Origin: Ginglymostoma cirratum
Taxonomy: Eukaryota
DNA: 64,000 nt
Reading direction: 5' to 3'
NCBI GenBank assembly: GCA_024137785.1
Contig: JAHRHZ010000049.1
Coordinates: forward strand, 124,001 to 188,000
A program made the position numbers and the translations under genes. Shown here piece by piece: positions 11,400 through 24,249 of the stretch (the first letter of the stretch is position 1; the number at the start of each line of letters is the position of its first letter). Under the pieces are notes generated by a model, which made no database searches, was not told the origin of the DNA, and worked only from the letters and a program-made list of their open reading frames with translations.

Positions 11400-12450
11400 A
11401 AGCTTAAATGGGACTAGATTAGTTTAGGATATCGGGTCAGCATGGACGAGTTGGGCCAAAGGGTCTGTTTCCATGCTGTACATCTATACACCTATCTGAC
11501 TAGATGTGGATAAGAGTACTGTAGTTTATTATAAGACTTTTAACAAGGTCCCACATGGGACACTATTCAAGGTGGTAAGATCCCATGGGATCCAAAGGGA
11601 CTTTGGGGTAGGAGATAGAGGGTGACAGTCAGACACTGCTTTTGAGTGGAAACCTGTATCTAGTGGCATACCTAGGGTTGGGTGCTGGGTCACTTGCTGT
11701 TTTGTAGTGTACATTAATTATCGAGGCATGAATTTAAGAAGCTTGATCAGGAAGTTTGCAGATGACAAGTCATTTGGTAGTGTAATAGCGAGGCGGAAAA
11801 CCATAGGGTACAGGCCAGACATAGAGGGGGCTGGTCTGATGGGGAATAGTAAATGGAATTTAATTCTGCAAAGGGAGATGTGGTGCTCTTTGTCTACTCC
11901 TTTGCCTTGCTTGTCCTCCCAATGAATGGTAGGAACCCAGGAAGTGCAGATGATCAGAGGATCCACAGTTTATATATCTGCAAATCTTGGAAGACAACTG
12001 GACAGATAGATAAGATGATATTTTGGAAATTTACCTTCATTAGTCAAAGCGTTGAATATAAAGCAGGAAGGCTATAATGGAGCTGTATAAAACATGAGGT
12101 GATGGCTGGAGTAAGGATGTGACTGTGCTAACAAGGTTGCAGAGAAAATTCAGCAGGATGCTACCTCAGCTAGAGTGTTTCAGCAATGAAGAGAAACTAG
12201 ATAGTCTTGAGGTCATTTAACTTAGATCAGAGAAAGCTGGGTGTGGGGATGGGGTCTGCTTGAGGTGTACAGAATTGAGGGGAAGAAACTGTTCCCGTTA
12301 GCAGAGGGATAAATAACCAGGGATTATAGGTGGAAGGTAAAAGGACAGGAGGTTTAGAGACGATTTACAGAGGAATTGCTTTCACTCAATGAGTGGTGCA
12401 TATTGGAAACTCACTGCCTGAAAGTGTGGATGGACATTTACGTATTTACT
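11400..12450 (+). mobile_element. Old CR1 fragments
   Basis: FNKVPHG, KFADD and CR1 3'-end remnants. Confidence 0.7.
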
Positions 12451-12569
12451 AATTACTAAGCATGGTTTAGCAGGAAAGTATTGATGAATGTTCCAGCAGC
12501 CTAAAGGTTAAAACTTTATTCTGAAAATGAAGTTAAGGCTTTAGTCTTTCCTATGTTAGACCATAAATT

Positions 12570-13060
12570 CATAGAACTGTACAGCGTGGAAATAGACTCT
12601 TCAGTCCAAGTTGTCCATGCCGACCAGATATCCTTAATTAATCTAATCCCATTTGCCAGCATTTAACCCATTTCTCTCTAAACCATTCCTATTCATAGAC
12701 CCACAGAGATACCTTTTAAATGTTGTAATTGTACCAGCCTCTACCACTTCATCTGGCAGCTCATTCCATACACACACCACCCTGCGTGAAAACATTGCCC
12801 CTTTAGGTCCCTTTTAAAATCTTTCTCTTCTCTCCTATGTGCTCTATTTTTGGACTCCCTCATTCTGGGGAAAAGACCTTGGCTAATAACCCTATCCATT
12901 TCCCTCATGATTTTATAAACCTTTATAAGGTTTATAAACCTCAGCCTCCGCTGCTCCAGGGAAAATAGCCCCAGCTTATTCAGCCTCTCCCTGTAGCTCA
13001 AATCTTCCAATCCTGGCAACATCCTTGTAAATCTTTTCTGAGCACTTTCAACTTTCACAC
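12570..13060 (-). mobile_element. CR1 3' end
   Basis: QKRFTRMLPGLEDLSYRERLNKLGLFSLEQRRLR. Confidence 0.9.
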
Positions 13061-13239
13061 TAGGGGAATAAAGTTTACAGAAGTTAATAACAGCTAGAGT
13101 TAAACTCAGTTACTGGATGTATGGACTTTACATGAAATGTACAATTAGGTCCGGTAGTGGAGCAGTTTGAGCAAAAGGTCCTTTAAGACCTTGCATTTAT
13201 ACATTGGGACAAATGTATAAAAACAGAAACATGGACAGA

Positions 13240-13800
13240 GAGGAACAGGAGTCGGTCATTCAGTCCATTGAGCCTGCTTCACCACTTAATACAAACATGG
13301 CTGTTGAACACTTCAATACATTTTAACCCATCTACCCCCATAACCTTGTATGCCATTGATAATCAAAAAATTATTAACCTCTAATTTAAACATAAAGATT
13401 GAGTTTCTGCAGCCCTCTGGGACAGAGAATTTCAAAGATTCACCATTGTCTGATTAAAAATATTCTCCTAATCTCAGTCCAAAATGGTATCCCTCTTAAA
13501 ATGTGGTCCTTGGTTCTAGACTCCCAAGCAGATTTTTTTTTTTAAAAATAAAAACTTACCTGCAACTACCCTAAATATCCTTAAGTATTTTCTAAGTTTC
13601 AATCAAAACTTGTCTTATTCTGCAGGACTTGAGAATACGGGCCCTGATTGCCCAAACACACTACACAGGATATGCTTACTATCATGGGAACAAGTCTGGT
13701 GAACGTTTCTCTCGGTCTATGGCAATAATATCTTTTCCAAAACAGAGGCAAAACTGCACACAGTACTCCAGATGCTGTCTATCCAAACTCCTGCACAACT
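13240..13800 (-). mobile_element. Old CR1 3' end
   Basis: Reverse complement of LEYCVQF and LWNSLSQRAAE segments plus tail. Confidence 0.7.
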
Positions 13801-14371
13801 TAAAATGGAGAGGAAATAAAAATAAGGATATTTAACAAAACCAGAAGTCTTGAGAAAGCAAGGTCAAAAAGGCAGAGACATTTTAGGAATTGAATTCATG
13901 GGAATGTATAGGTGAAATCCTAGCTTCCTTTTAATAAACAATTTAACTACCTCTTCCCTTCCTGAAGTTTTTCTCCCCTTTATTTTCCATGCCCAATTGA
14001 TTAAATCACCAGGGTTAATAGACAACAAGTTAGCCATCTTCTTAAGCACTTTGGATGAGGTGAGGTAAGGCAACATTACTTTATATACAAAGCCTAATGA
14101 TGGCCCAGAGACCAACTAGATGAAACCAATTCTCAAACTGGTCCAAAATAAAATGAAGAATTGTGGATGTTGGAGATCTGAAACAAGCAAAAACAGAAAT
14201 GCTGGAATCATTGAACTTTAAAATGTTTACTGTTTTCCCTCTACAGATTGTGCCAGACCCGCTGAGTTTCTCAAACTGGACCTTCGGATAGAAAGTAAAC
14301 AAACAGTCTGCTGGGTTGCCAAGTTTACCATTAGTTGCATGAACTCTGTGATATGGCTTATGATATGGCTC

Positions 14372-14705
14372 GGGGGAGGTGATGGCCTAGTGGTATTATC
14401 ACTGGACCGTTAACCCAGAGACCCAGATAATGTTGTAAGGACCCAGGTTTGAATCCCACCATGGCAGATGGTTGGAGTCTGTATTTTAATAAAATCTGGA
14501 AGTCTAATGTTGACCATGGTTCCATCAGATTGTCAAAAAAACCCATGCCGTTTAGGGAAGGAAAGTGTCTTCCTTACCTGGTCTGGCCTACTTGTGATTC
14601 CAGACCCACAGCAATGTGGTTGATTGTTAACTGCCCTCTGGGCAATTAGAGTTGAGCATTAAATGCTGGCCTAACCAGCGACACCTCATTCCATGAATGA
14701 ATAAT
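14372..14705 (+). mobile_element. tRNA-headed SINE (about 330 bp family)
   Basis: ggggaggtgatggcctagtggtatt head, B-box ggtttgaatccc, atgaatga tail; homologous to 60241-60568 and 30205-30538. Confidence 0.85.
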
Positions 14706-15001
14706 TTAAAAAGAAATTGAAAGCTTTCAAGCATGTTCATATGGAAAGTGCCTGTTAACCAGATAAATCAAGATTTGCCACTCAGGACAGTGATATTAAA
14801 ATCTGATAAATGGTCATAATCTGTTGAATCGTTTCCATGATTTCTCAACGGTCAAAGTGAAGGCAATTACTTGTCAGAAAATTAATTTGTGAACTGACAA
14901 ATATGCAGTTTAAAGTCAATTGAAAAAATTTGTCATGTAGAGCTCATTTGATTAGAACAATTAAGCATTGACACTAAAGTATGTATAACAATTATTTTTA
15001 G

Positions 15002-15153
15002 GTGCAGTTGGCTCCAGTTTCTGACAACCAGAAACCATTAGTTCAGCGGATCAAGAGATCAATGCTTTGGCGCTGGATTACTCAGAGACCCACTGGTGCA
15101 ACTTGCAGGGTGGATGCTGAATGCATCACCAATTACTGTGCAATTCAGGATAC
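15002..15153 (+). CDS. LEAP2: LEAP2-family peptide, exon 2 (propeptide, RIKR furin site, most of the mature peptide)
   Basis: ttttag| acceptor; VQLAPVSDNQKPLVQRIKR-SMLWRWITQRPTGATCRVDAECITNYCAIQD; fits LEAP2 RPxGAxCRxxxECxTxxC; AC|GTATGT phase-2 donor. Confidence 0.9.
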
Positions 15154-16551
15154 GTATGTATTCAAATACCATTCCTTTGATTGCAACTGTCTTATCAAAA
15201 CAAAATGTTTTAGTAAGATCCCAAGAAACCTCTGGTTCTAACACACTCGGGAGACATATTATTTACAAAGCATAACTTCAGCAGTATTACAACAAATGGC
15301 AGTTTTGTCAGTAAATTAATTTTATTACCATGGCACAAGGTTTAGAGTATGTTTTTAAACTTGGCATCAAGAAAATACAACATAGGAGAAACAAAGAAAA
15401 TCTTGGGTTACAAAATCAATTTTGTTCTTGACATTTGGGGAAAAAAGGTCTTGTTGATCCCCAGATGTTAACAAGTCATAGACTGAAACATTCAGACTAT
15501 ACTGCACACAGTTTTACACTGATTCTTTCTACACCTTGGCAATAGGAGCTTAAGTGATTCATTCACATTCATTATGGTTTGATTTTGATGAACTACCAGT
15601 ATTTAAAACTGAGTAGGAAATCTATCCTTCATCTTACATGCTGGAGGAGTTTAACCATTACAGGAATTAGTTTGCTTTTCTACAGCATGTTCCTGGAAAA
15701 TGAAGACTTTGTTTTTACCTGTCCCAACACAAAATTCTGACCTATGACCATGAAGCAATATACTGTACTTCTGCTCAGATGAGGCATAGTACATTTTTCC
15801 ACTTCAGGGACACTCATTTAGGGCAATAGGATGATATGCATTGAAAGTGAAATGTTGGAGTTTGTTAAAATTATATATATTTGCATATCCTATTTTACAT
15901 TGTCTTGCAGATCTATTCCAGCTAGACAGCCTGGTAGCACCAAACTTAAAGGTTATGGTAAATGTTGGATAATATTGGAGTTCTGCAATCATAGTTGGAG
16001 CACAGTCAATACTCTACCTGTTTTCGCCATCTGGAAGGACACGCTGTTTGATACGATTCATCAATTATTGGGATATGCAGTGACACTAATTCATATACAC
16101 TTCACTCCAAACTCCTGTAATAGTATTACTGTCTGCTAGCCACCTTCAGTCAATAGATACATTGAAATTCCTACAGCTTCATGCAATACAAGTTTGATGT
16201 TAAAGCCAATCGCAGAATTAGGGTTTGGGCTATTTGCTGGTCATGCAAGCTTAATGCCAAAATAGGACACAAAGCTATCTTATGGATCAATGTCGACCGC
16301 AAATCAAGTCATTGCTTGCTGTTCATCTTGCAAACTTATATAAACACCTAAGACCACCACTTTCCATCCAAATACAGGTGAAATTTACTAAATAATCCAG
16401 AGTGTGCTAAGAATTAAATGAACCAATCAATTTAAGATAAATTAAAGTTCACATGACTCACTGAAGTTTGCTAGAAGATACAGGCAATCAAAACACAGGG
16501 CACTGTCCCTTGCAAGCTAAGTAAGGTTCTCAGCAACCAATTTTTTTTCTT

Positions 16552-16875
16552 ATCATAGAATCCATACATTGTGCGGAAGCAGGCCAAATCGACCCATCAA
16601 GTCCACACGACCCCTCCAAACAGCGGTCCACCCAGACCCACCCCTAACCCTATCCCAGTAACCCTGCATTTCCCACAACTAACCCACTTAGCCTACACAT
16701 CCCTGGTCTCGACAGACAATTTAGCATTGCCAATCCACCTAAACCCCACATGTTTGGGCTGTGGGAGGAAACTAGAACATAGAGGAAACCCAAACAGACA
16801 CAGGGAGAATGTACAAACTCCACACAGTCACCCAAGGCTGGAATTGAACCCATGTCTCTGGTGCTGTGAGGCACC
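16552..16875 (-). mobile_element. HE1-like V-SINE
   Basis: Reverse complement has tgcctcacagcaccag...ggttcaattccagcc...gtgtggagtttgtacattctccc V-domain and a CR1-type tail. Confidence 0.85.
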
Positions 16876-17229
16876 AGACAATACAAATTATTGCCCCCTT
16901 TGAAATCTGGTATGGCACCCCTCCTGATGATTGCAGGTCAAAAGTCTTCTACAGGAAGTTTGTTTTCAGCAATACCATCGACTGTTCCATACTATCAACT
17001 ATTTGTATCTCCTCTCTGTCTCGCTCATTCCTTTCGATTAATAGCTTTTCTCATGTTTCCTCCCTGGATTAGTATACCAGTAAGTATTCCAATAAATAGA
17101 CATTTGAGGTATATGCTGAAGCACTGATAACCAGCCATGAGAATATATAGAATAGCTTGCACTTATAGAGTCGGTTGAAATACAATGTGAACCAATACAA
17201 TTTGTGAATGAGTATTTCTCCCGTTACAG

Positions 17230-17266
17230 GAATTCAATATGTTCGTTACAAACATTCTCAGCCTAA
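17230..17266 (+). CDS. LEAP2: LEAP2-family peptide, exon 3 (NSICSLQTFSA-stop)
   Basis: Strong acceptor tttctcccgttacag|; phase 2; 37-nt coding part supplies the fourth Cys in a CSL context, as in the LEAP2 terminal exon. Confidence 0.85.
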
Positions 17267-17555
17267 GCCAGTGGACACGAAGGTCCAAACATCATTATCT
17301 TGAAGTAAAGAAACCACGCTTTGGAAACTAATCATTTTCACTCTTCCAAAAGTGATCTGTGGATTCAAAACTACTTCACTTTCCTGAAAGTCAAGGAAAT
17401 CTCTAGCCACAGAAAAAGAATACTGACGTCATAAAATCACCTCAGGTCACTGACAGTGATTAAGTGTGATTCTAACACATACTGTGGAAATTGCTGATTT
17501 GCCACAACCTACTGGATGATCTTGTACTGTGAAACTGTACAAGCATATTTGTATG

Positions 17556-17589
17556 ATTAAAGTGCATGAATTAAATAGCATATTTTATT
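17556..17589. terminator. Opposed candidate polyadenylation signals (LEAP2 plus; SCARB2 minus)
   Basis: ATTAAA at 17556 and 17570 on plus; TTTATT (AATAAA on minus) at 17584-17589. Confidence 0.45.
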
Positions 17590-19142
17590 AATATTTTGGA
17601 AATAACATTACGATTACATACATTCTGCAGTGCCAAACATGGGTCAGTACATCATAAACTGCTTGAATGAAGTGTTGTGCTTATATTTTTTTTAAAAAAT
17701 CAAAAAAATTATCTAAAACATCTTAATCCATATTAAAATATATACAGAGTGCACTACTTGGCATACAGGGTGAAGGTGAGTAAGGCCTGTCCTAAACAGA
17801 AATTTACAGTTGCTTTCTTGAAAATTTAGATCATATTTTGGACAGTGCTTAGCATCACATTATTGGCCTAAACGTAGAAGGCCAAGTTCAGAAATTTAAC
17901 CATGACATACCATTGGTAAGTACAGTTGCTGGGACAGATTCAAGGGTGGATGTTAACTTGATTATTAACCACCCTGGTAAATGAAGAGCTAACATGTTAA
18001 CAACTTCTACAAAATATTAATTTGATACATAGTGCAACTTGGATCCTTAAATTGCTTTTGTTCGTGCACTAAATTTTCGGTATGCCACAATTCATTGGTA
18101 AAACTCTCTACATTACACTGAATATGCCAGTGTTAATGTGAATAGTAAACTGCCCACAATTCCACTAGTGTTTTCACCAGAATACAAAACACGGGAATAA
18201 GAGGGAGGGATGTGTAAATAACAATATGTCCTTCCTCATATCTTTTCTATTACATTCTGAATTAAGTCATATACAACTGAGCGGATGATGGCTGGTGTGT
18301 AATTAAAGACAAACAGTACACAGAGACACCAACAAAATCCAAATTTATACATAGAAACAGAATATTGTTTGGCACGGACATTCCTCATTAATTTGACTAC
18401 CTTCTTTCTCCCCCAAATATGAGCAAAACCATTTTTTCCACCTGATCTCATCAATACTTTGATATTATTGACTGTAGCATCCTAACTCTCTTTTCTAATA
18501 TCACAAGAGGTGTATTTACAAAAAATACTTTCCAGTCCATATGGCAAGTGCAGAAGTAAATATAAATGCAGCTAAGGGATGAGGGAAGGATGTTATTTAG
18601 GAATAAGTGTTCTCATCTGAACAAACTAGGTCTCTCTAAACAGAAGAAAACACCCAACCTGTAACCACGATCATTAAAGTCAAATAAGCTAAGTTACATA
18701 TACTTCAATATCTACACAAATAAAACTTATTCAAAACCTCACAGTGCCAAATACAACATTGCTATGACAGCACACTTCTTCATAACTAACACAGATCTTA
18801 AGCAAATGCTTGGTTACAGAAGTTCTGCCTTTACAAACTAAAGTCATAGTGGTCAACACTGCAGAACTGCAATAGGTAGTTCATTTAAAAATCATAATTA
18901 TTACTTAAATTTATAAAAGCTGCATTTGATACCTGAAGTAGTGTTATATACCAAAGTATAATTTCGCAAGCTCAACCTTGAAAACTTATTAGTTATGTAA
19001 GTAGAATTTAAATTATAGGTAACAGATTGTGCTCTGTAAGACTTTGAAACCTGTGGCAATTCTAGAATATGTCAAAGAAAACAAACGTGCATCCTTTGCA
19101 TTGTTTCTCTCAACCAGGCTGCAGAAATACTCGCATGAAGTT

Positions 19143-19184
19143 TCAAGATGGTTTCAAAAGGGGTGTCCTTTCTGCCTCTGATGC
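19143..19184 (-). CDS. SCARB2: SCARB2/LIMP-2 exon 12 (ASEAERTPLLKPS-stop)
   Basis: aaacag| acceptor; ERTPLL acidic dileucine lysosomal sorting motif; TGA. Confidence 0.93.
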   Translation of the reverse strand, partial: ASEAERTPLLKPS

Positions 19185-19669
19185 CTGTTTATGAAAAAAA
19201 TATATTTCATTATAAAAATACAGAATAACGCAAGGGAAGTATGCACCATTGACCATTCCAACAAACTCCTGAGGAAGGTAAATGCTTCCTCACTGACATA
19301 TCCGCTCTCTTTTCCTTCCAAAAACCCATGAACTAAGGATAAATCACTCAGTAATTTACGTCATCACAGCTTACCTCTTCACTCAGCTCATTTGCGGATG
19401 ACCTCTCCTCTTGCCATCCTACTTTGGCCTCTCTAGTCTTAAGATTTGATCACAAGTAAGGTCATACCTAATTTCTTCCTTGTATTTGATACCACTCACA
19501 TCCCCTTTCTAATGCATGCTTTTCTACATCTCTTCCCAAATAAACTTTTCAGCAAGTTACTGACCATTGCACTTTAAAACTACCATCTGGACTTTTGTTA
19601 TGCATTTTACTGTCTTTGTAATTTGTCAATTTGTTCTATCATTCCCTCATCTACACATTTGAAGTACAG

Positions 19670-20030
19670 AGGTTTATAAAATCATGAGGAGTCTTGGATG
19701 GGGTAAATAGACAAGGTCTTTTCCCCACAGTGGGGGAGTCCAAAACTAGAGGGCACAGGTTTAAGGCGAGAAGGGAAAGATTTAAAAGGGACTCGAGGCA
19801 CAACTTTTTCATGCAGAGTGTGGTGCGTGTATGGAATGAGCTGCCAGAGGAAGTGGTGGAGGCTGGTACAGTTACAACATTTAAAAGACACCTGGATGGG
19901 TATATGAATAGAAAGGGTTTAGAGGGATATGGGCCAAATGCTGGCAAACAGGACTAGATTTTAGGATATCTGGTTGGCACGGATGAGTTGGATCGAAGGG
20001 TCTGTTTTCCATGTGTACAGCTCTGAGACT
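19670..20030 (+). mobile_element. CR1 3' end
   Basis: GESKTRGHRFK...VRVWNELPEEVVEAGTVTTFKRHLDGYM. Confidence 0.9.
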
Positions 20031-22705
20031 CTCCAGTAAAACACTTATTTTCTCCCATTCTATTTGATCCTCTGATTATGTCCCATATGTCTGATTATGT
20101 CTCTCAGATTCAAGGTAATGCAATGGATTTTCCCCATCTATAACCAGATATGCCTGGACTCTGTCAAGCAAAATCAGATCACGATAAAACTGTATATGCC
20201 AATATGATTGTAAAAGTAACTATAACTCTCCGTTTCTTTTCCCCAGTACAACTTTCAAACTTTCTCAATAACAACGAACTCAGAATTCTCTGTCACCAAG
20301 ATTCAGACTATTCATTTAGCACTCCCTTTATCTTGCCCCTGCCTAGGCACTGAACCCATTTTCTCAGTCTGGATTTTCAGAAAAACCTTGAAGATTCCAT
20401 AAGGGAAGTTAATCATTGAAGGGAAGTTCATCTGATATCCTGACCAATATTTTAATCAAGTAACAGAGAACTCTTGTTGCAATTTATACAGTCAAGTTTA
20501 CCATTTTAGATTAATAGTTAATTCCAGTTTGAGTTAACATTCCTCCGTCAACCATTAGTTAAGTCCTCATTTGATGAGGAAGAAACATCCCTCGAGAAAC
20601 TTGAAAATAATGGTGATATGTAAAATGTAAAAGATTATGCACTGTATAAGTTAAATTCTTTGCTTCCTTACAATGTAATCTCAAGATTGGTTACAGTCCA
20701 ACAGGAAAGAAAATGAACAAACTATATACAGTCCTCCCGTGAAAACTGGTGTTTTGTCACCTCATAATAGCCAATTAGTTAAGATAATTTTTGAATCTTC
20801 CTCAATAACTTCCCAAAACTCAATTTTTGACAATTATGTTGTTCCATTCAAGATGCTAATTCTGATGTTTTTGTTCATTCAGGGTGTCTAGGTATAAGTG
20901 GAATGGCCAACATTTATTACCCATTCTCAAATTGGGTTAATTTTGGTTCCTTGCCTTTATCCTAACTTTATCTTTGTATGATCCACAAACTCAATTGATC
21001 AAAGTCGTACAATATAGATTCTTATAAAGTACTGGTGTTAAAATGGCAGAAGAATTTCAAATATTTTTAAACCTTTCTTTAAAAAAAAAAACAAATAAAT
21101 TATTCATTAAACTTCATGACTGGGGAAGAAGCTACTTCTTGTAAATCAAAAAAATTGCAAACAACTAAATAGATATTTAATAAGTTTGTGTTGTGGATTG
21201 TTTGGCCAAATCTCCTGTGAAAGTTAAATGTTATCCTTCCATTTCAGAGAACATTTTGCAAGACAAGATATAGATTGACTGAAAGAACAAAATGTTCAAG
21301 TCATAGAAAAATAACAAAAGCTATAGCTTACAGTAACAGTTGAACCATTAAAAAAATGATGTACTCAATAAGACAGCCTCTGTCACCAAATTTCCTTCTG
21401 CAAACACCCTCTCCCACCACCGCCACCACTACATTCTGGACACTAAAAATAGTCTGGCTTTTTTTTTTTTAAAATGAATCGCAACACTGTTCTCAAAGTT
21501 TACGACTAGGATCGAGGACAAAGGTTAAGAGAGGTCATCAAATATGTGGGGAAAAGATGGAACTCTCATAATAGCGATTATTTTTCAAATTCTTAAACTG
21601 CAGTAGTGGATTTAAACATGTGCACACTGAAAATTGGTTCACATCTGTGTTTATTAGGCCTGTAGCATCACCACTAACACTGCCTGAAATCTAAACAATC
21701 AGACAATGTTTATTAAATTGGGTCTATTAAGAAATATATTGTGTTTTAATACTGTTGTGCCTAAGTTAAGTTCTCATTTTGAACTCCTGTTGCACCATCA
21801 TACACTGAGCTTTCACTTGGAAGGGGACGTTTGATAACATCACAGGCAGGATCGTTGAATCATGAATTCTCTATTTCTCAATGTCTTTTGTTGAGAAATT
21901 CACTGCTGGGATGAGAAAAAGAATATGCCCTCCATCAAAATGCCACTTAAGTTCTGACACCTCCAATAGATACGAGCAAATAAGCTTTTTTTCAAGCAAG
22001 TTTAAGGAATAAGGCAACACAATTAGTCTTTTCTCTGAAGAAGAGCTTTATCAGGCAAGATAAAGTTACAAACTAGAAGCTTTGGTCACACAAAAACTGT
22101 TGTCAACATAATGGTGACACAATGAATGCAGGTGGAGATGTGTTAAAAATAGGTATATATTGTCTATTTTCTTTGATCAGAACAGTATTTGTGAACTTTT
22201 TGTTTTATGGGGGGGATGTTGGGGGGTGTGGTGGAGAAAGTGGTGTTTGACTGGTTTGGTGAGTTTTATCAGTTAAATGTGCACAAGTTGTATTTGTTGG
22301 GGTTACAACAAAATGCTACATGCAGCAAATCGTACATCATTCATCAGTGGAAATTTAGGCCAGGGCAATGAGATGTTGCATTATGAAACAGTGCAAGCAC
22401 TCATCAAAAATACAGGACCTGTTATTTTTGGCTCAATCTTTCAATGATTCAATGGTTACAAGAGTGGCAATTTGTAAGGTGCAAATGGCACTGGATCTGA
22501 AGATAGAAAACAGCACAAGCCAGAAGACTGACAAGCAGAAACTTGCTTGCTCTGTACAGGTTATCACTCCCCAGCCAAAATTAAGAGAAGTAATTCAATC
22601 AGGTTAATAAGTATCCTATATGCCACCATAAGATTCATGTTGAATGGAATATAACCAGGGGGCAGCAAAATCAGAGCACTTTTCATATACATCATGAACA
22701 CATAC

Positions 22706-22864
22706 CTCATTAACCTCATTGCGATTAGTGCACACAAGTATGACAAAGATCAAACCAAAGAGAATCCCCAAACCCATTATCATAAATGGAATCACAGTTA
22801 CTACTTTGGACTGCAGGAGCATGGAATTCAACTTAGCAGCTGATGCATTGTCAATCAAAACACT
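22706..22864 (-). CDS. SCARB2: SCARB2 exon 11 (C-terminal transmembrane helix)
   Basis: 159 nt, cag|...|gtatgt; SVLIDNASAAKLNSMLLQSKVVTVIPFMIMGLGILFGLIFVILVCTNRNEVNE. Confidence 0.95.
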
Positions 22865-24249
22865 CTGGAACAAGAGAGAAAAAAAAAACATGAAGCAAAA
22901 GCAAAACTGAAAGAAACAGGAAATAAAAATCTACTGGACAAGGTAATCACAATCTACAATACAAATATTTATTGTTCTGAAAGTATCAAAACCATAAACT
23001 GTTCACTGCAATAAATTGTTCCACACTATCCACATTAATTTAATAGCCAACAGCCACTTGATAAGTAGACACACTTTTGATGGCATAGCAGAACTACTTG
23101 TAAAGCAGACCATATATTAGTGAGGTAGCAAGAAAACAAAGTGTGCAGCTGGAGGAACACAGCAGCCCAGGCAGCATCAGGGGAACAGGAGAGCTGACGT
23201 TTCAGTTCGGGACCATACATAAAGTCATTTTAATTCTATAATTGCAACGTAGAGTGTCTCCACTCCAATTCTTTGCTCTGCCTTTGGAATAGAGCAGTAT
23301 CAACAACAATGCTTTCCAAATTGTTCCCCGTTCTGACACATCAAAATCGGGTGACTGGAGTGAGGGGGAGGAGCTTACTTTTTAAATATTATTAATTCTG
23401 CCTGTTTTCTGTTAATCTCAATGCACTGAAGTTACTTCCCAAAAATGCAACATCCATATTTAAAAAGTCAAGATATTGTTTCTTGCATTCTTGAAAATGG
23501 ATGACTCCTAGCAATGGAAACACATTGCCACATCAAAACAAAAATTAAATGCAGCAGCCTAATATGATCCTAATCAGTCAACGTGATACACTCAGAATGT
23601 GGATTAGCAAGAAACATTATTAAATTAAAAGACTAGGGCAATTTGGAAAAAGGAAATCACAAGGTAGAGAAACTAGGTGGATAAACTCTTCAGAATGGAC
23701 AGCAAGGGACAACATTGGGAACATACAGGTGCCGCCAATCCTGCAATTTTTGGGGGCTTCATGCTCCAGGTCCAGTTTTCATGGGAATGTCTGCGAGGAT
23801 CTTAAAGTGTCCCAACAATAGTCTGCAAACTCAGGTTTTGGGAGTTTGGAATTCAGATGGGATAACAGTTAGCAAATGGCAATCTAAAAACAAGCCTAAA
23901 GAAAAGGTGAATCAAAGTGTGAAATTAACACTTAGCTGTCTGCACCATCCAGGTCCGACCTCAATGAGGTTCTCCCCCAACCTTAAATGGGTTGGTGACC
24001 CACAGCTTATGAAGTGCTGTTCTATGGCATCGTCTTGCTTTGTCATTGAAGAGAAAAGTATTCTAGACTGTCCATACTTTAAGCCTCTAATATCAAATTC
24101 TTGATGAACAGATTCAGTACTTTACATGGCAGTTCAACCAGCATTTTGTCTGCGGAATGGGAACAGTCTCAATTAAATGATGCATATTGCAATTTTGAAA
24201 CTTGGAAACCATCCAACTCCCTCCCACCTCACTCAGTGAAACAGTAAAT

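Noticed and set aside
14372-14465. tRNA genes at the SINE heads (also 5144, 35007, 60241)
   Set aside because: A/B boxes run into SINE bodies and no full cloverleaf is evident
15154-15241. Read-through tail of ORF 15002-15241 (YVFKYHSFDCNCLIKTKCF...) as the LEAP2 C-terminus
   Set aside because: Follows a good GTATGT donor; the exon at 17230 gives a canonical-length CSL-type ending, so this is most likely intron
15465-15471. Alternative LEAP2 last exon (ccccag|A TGT TAA giving Thr-Cys-stop)
   Set aside because: Weaker polypyrimidine tract and no similarity to LEAP2 C-termini; 17230 is a far better match
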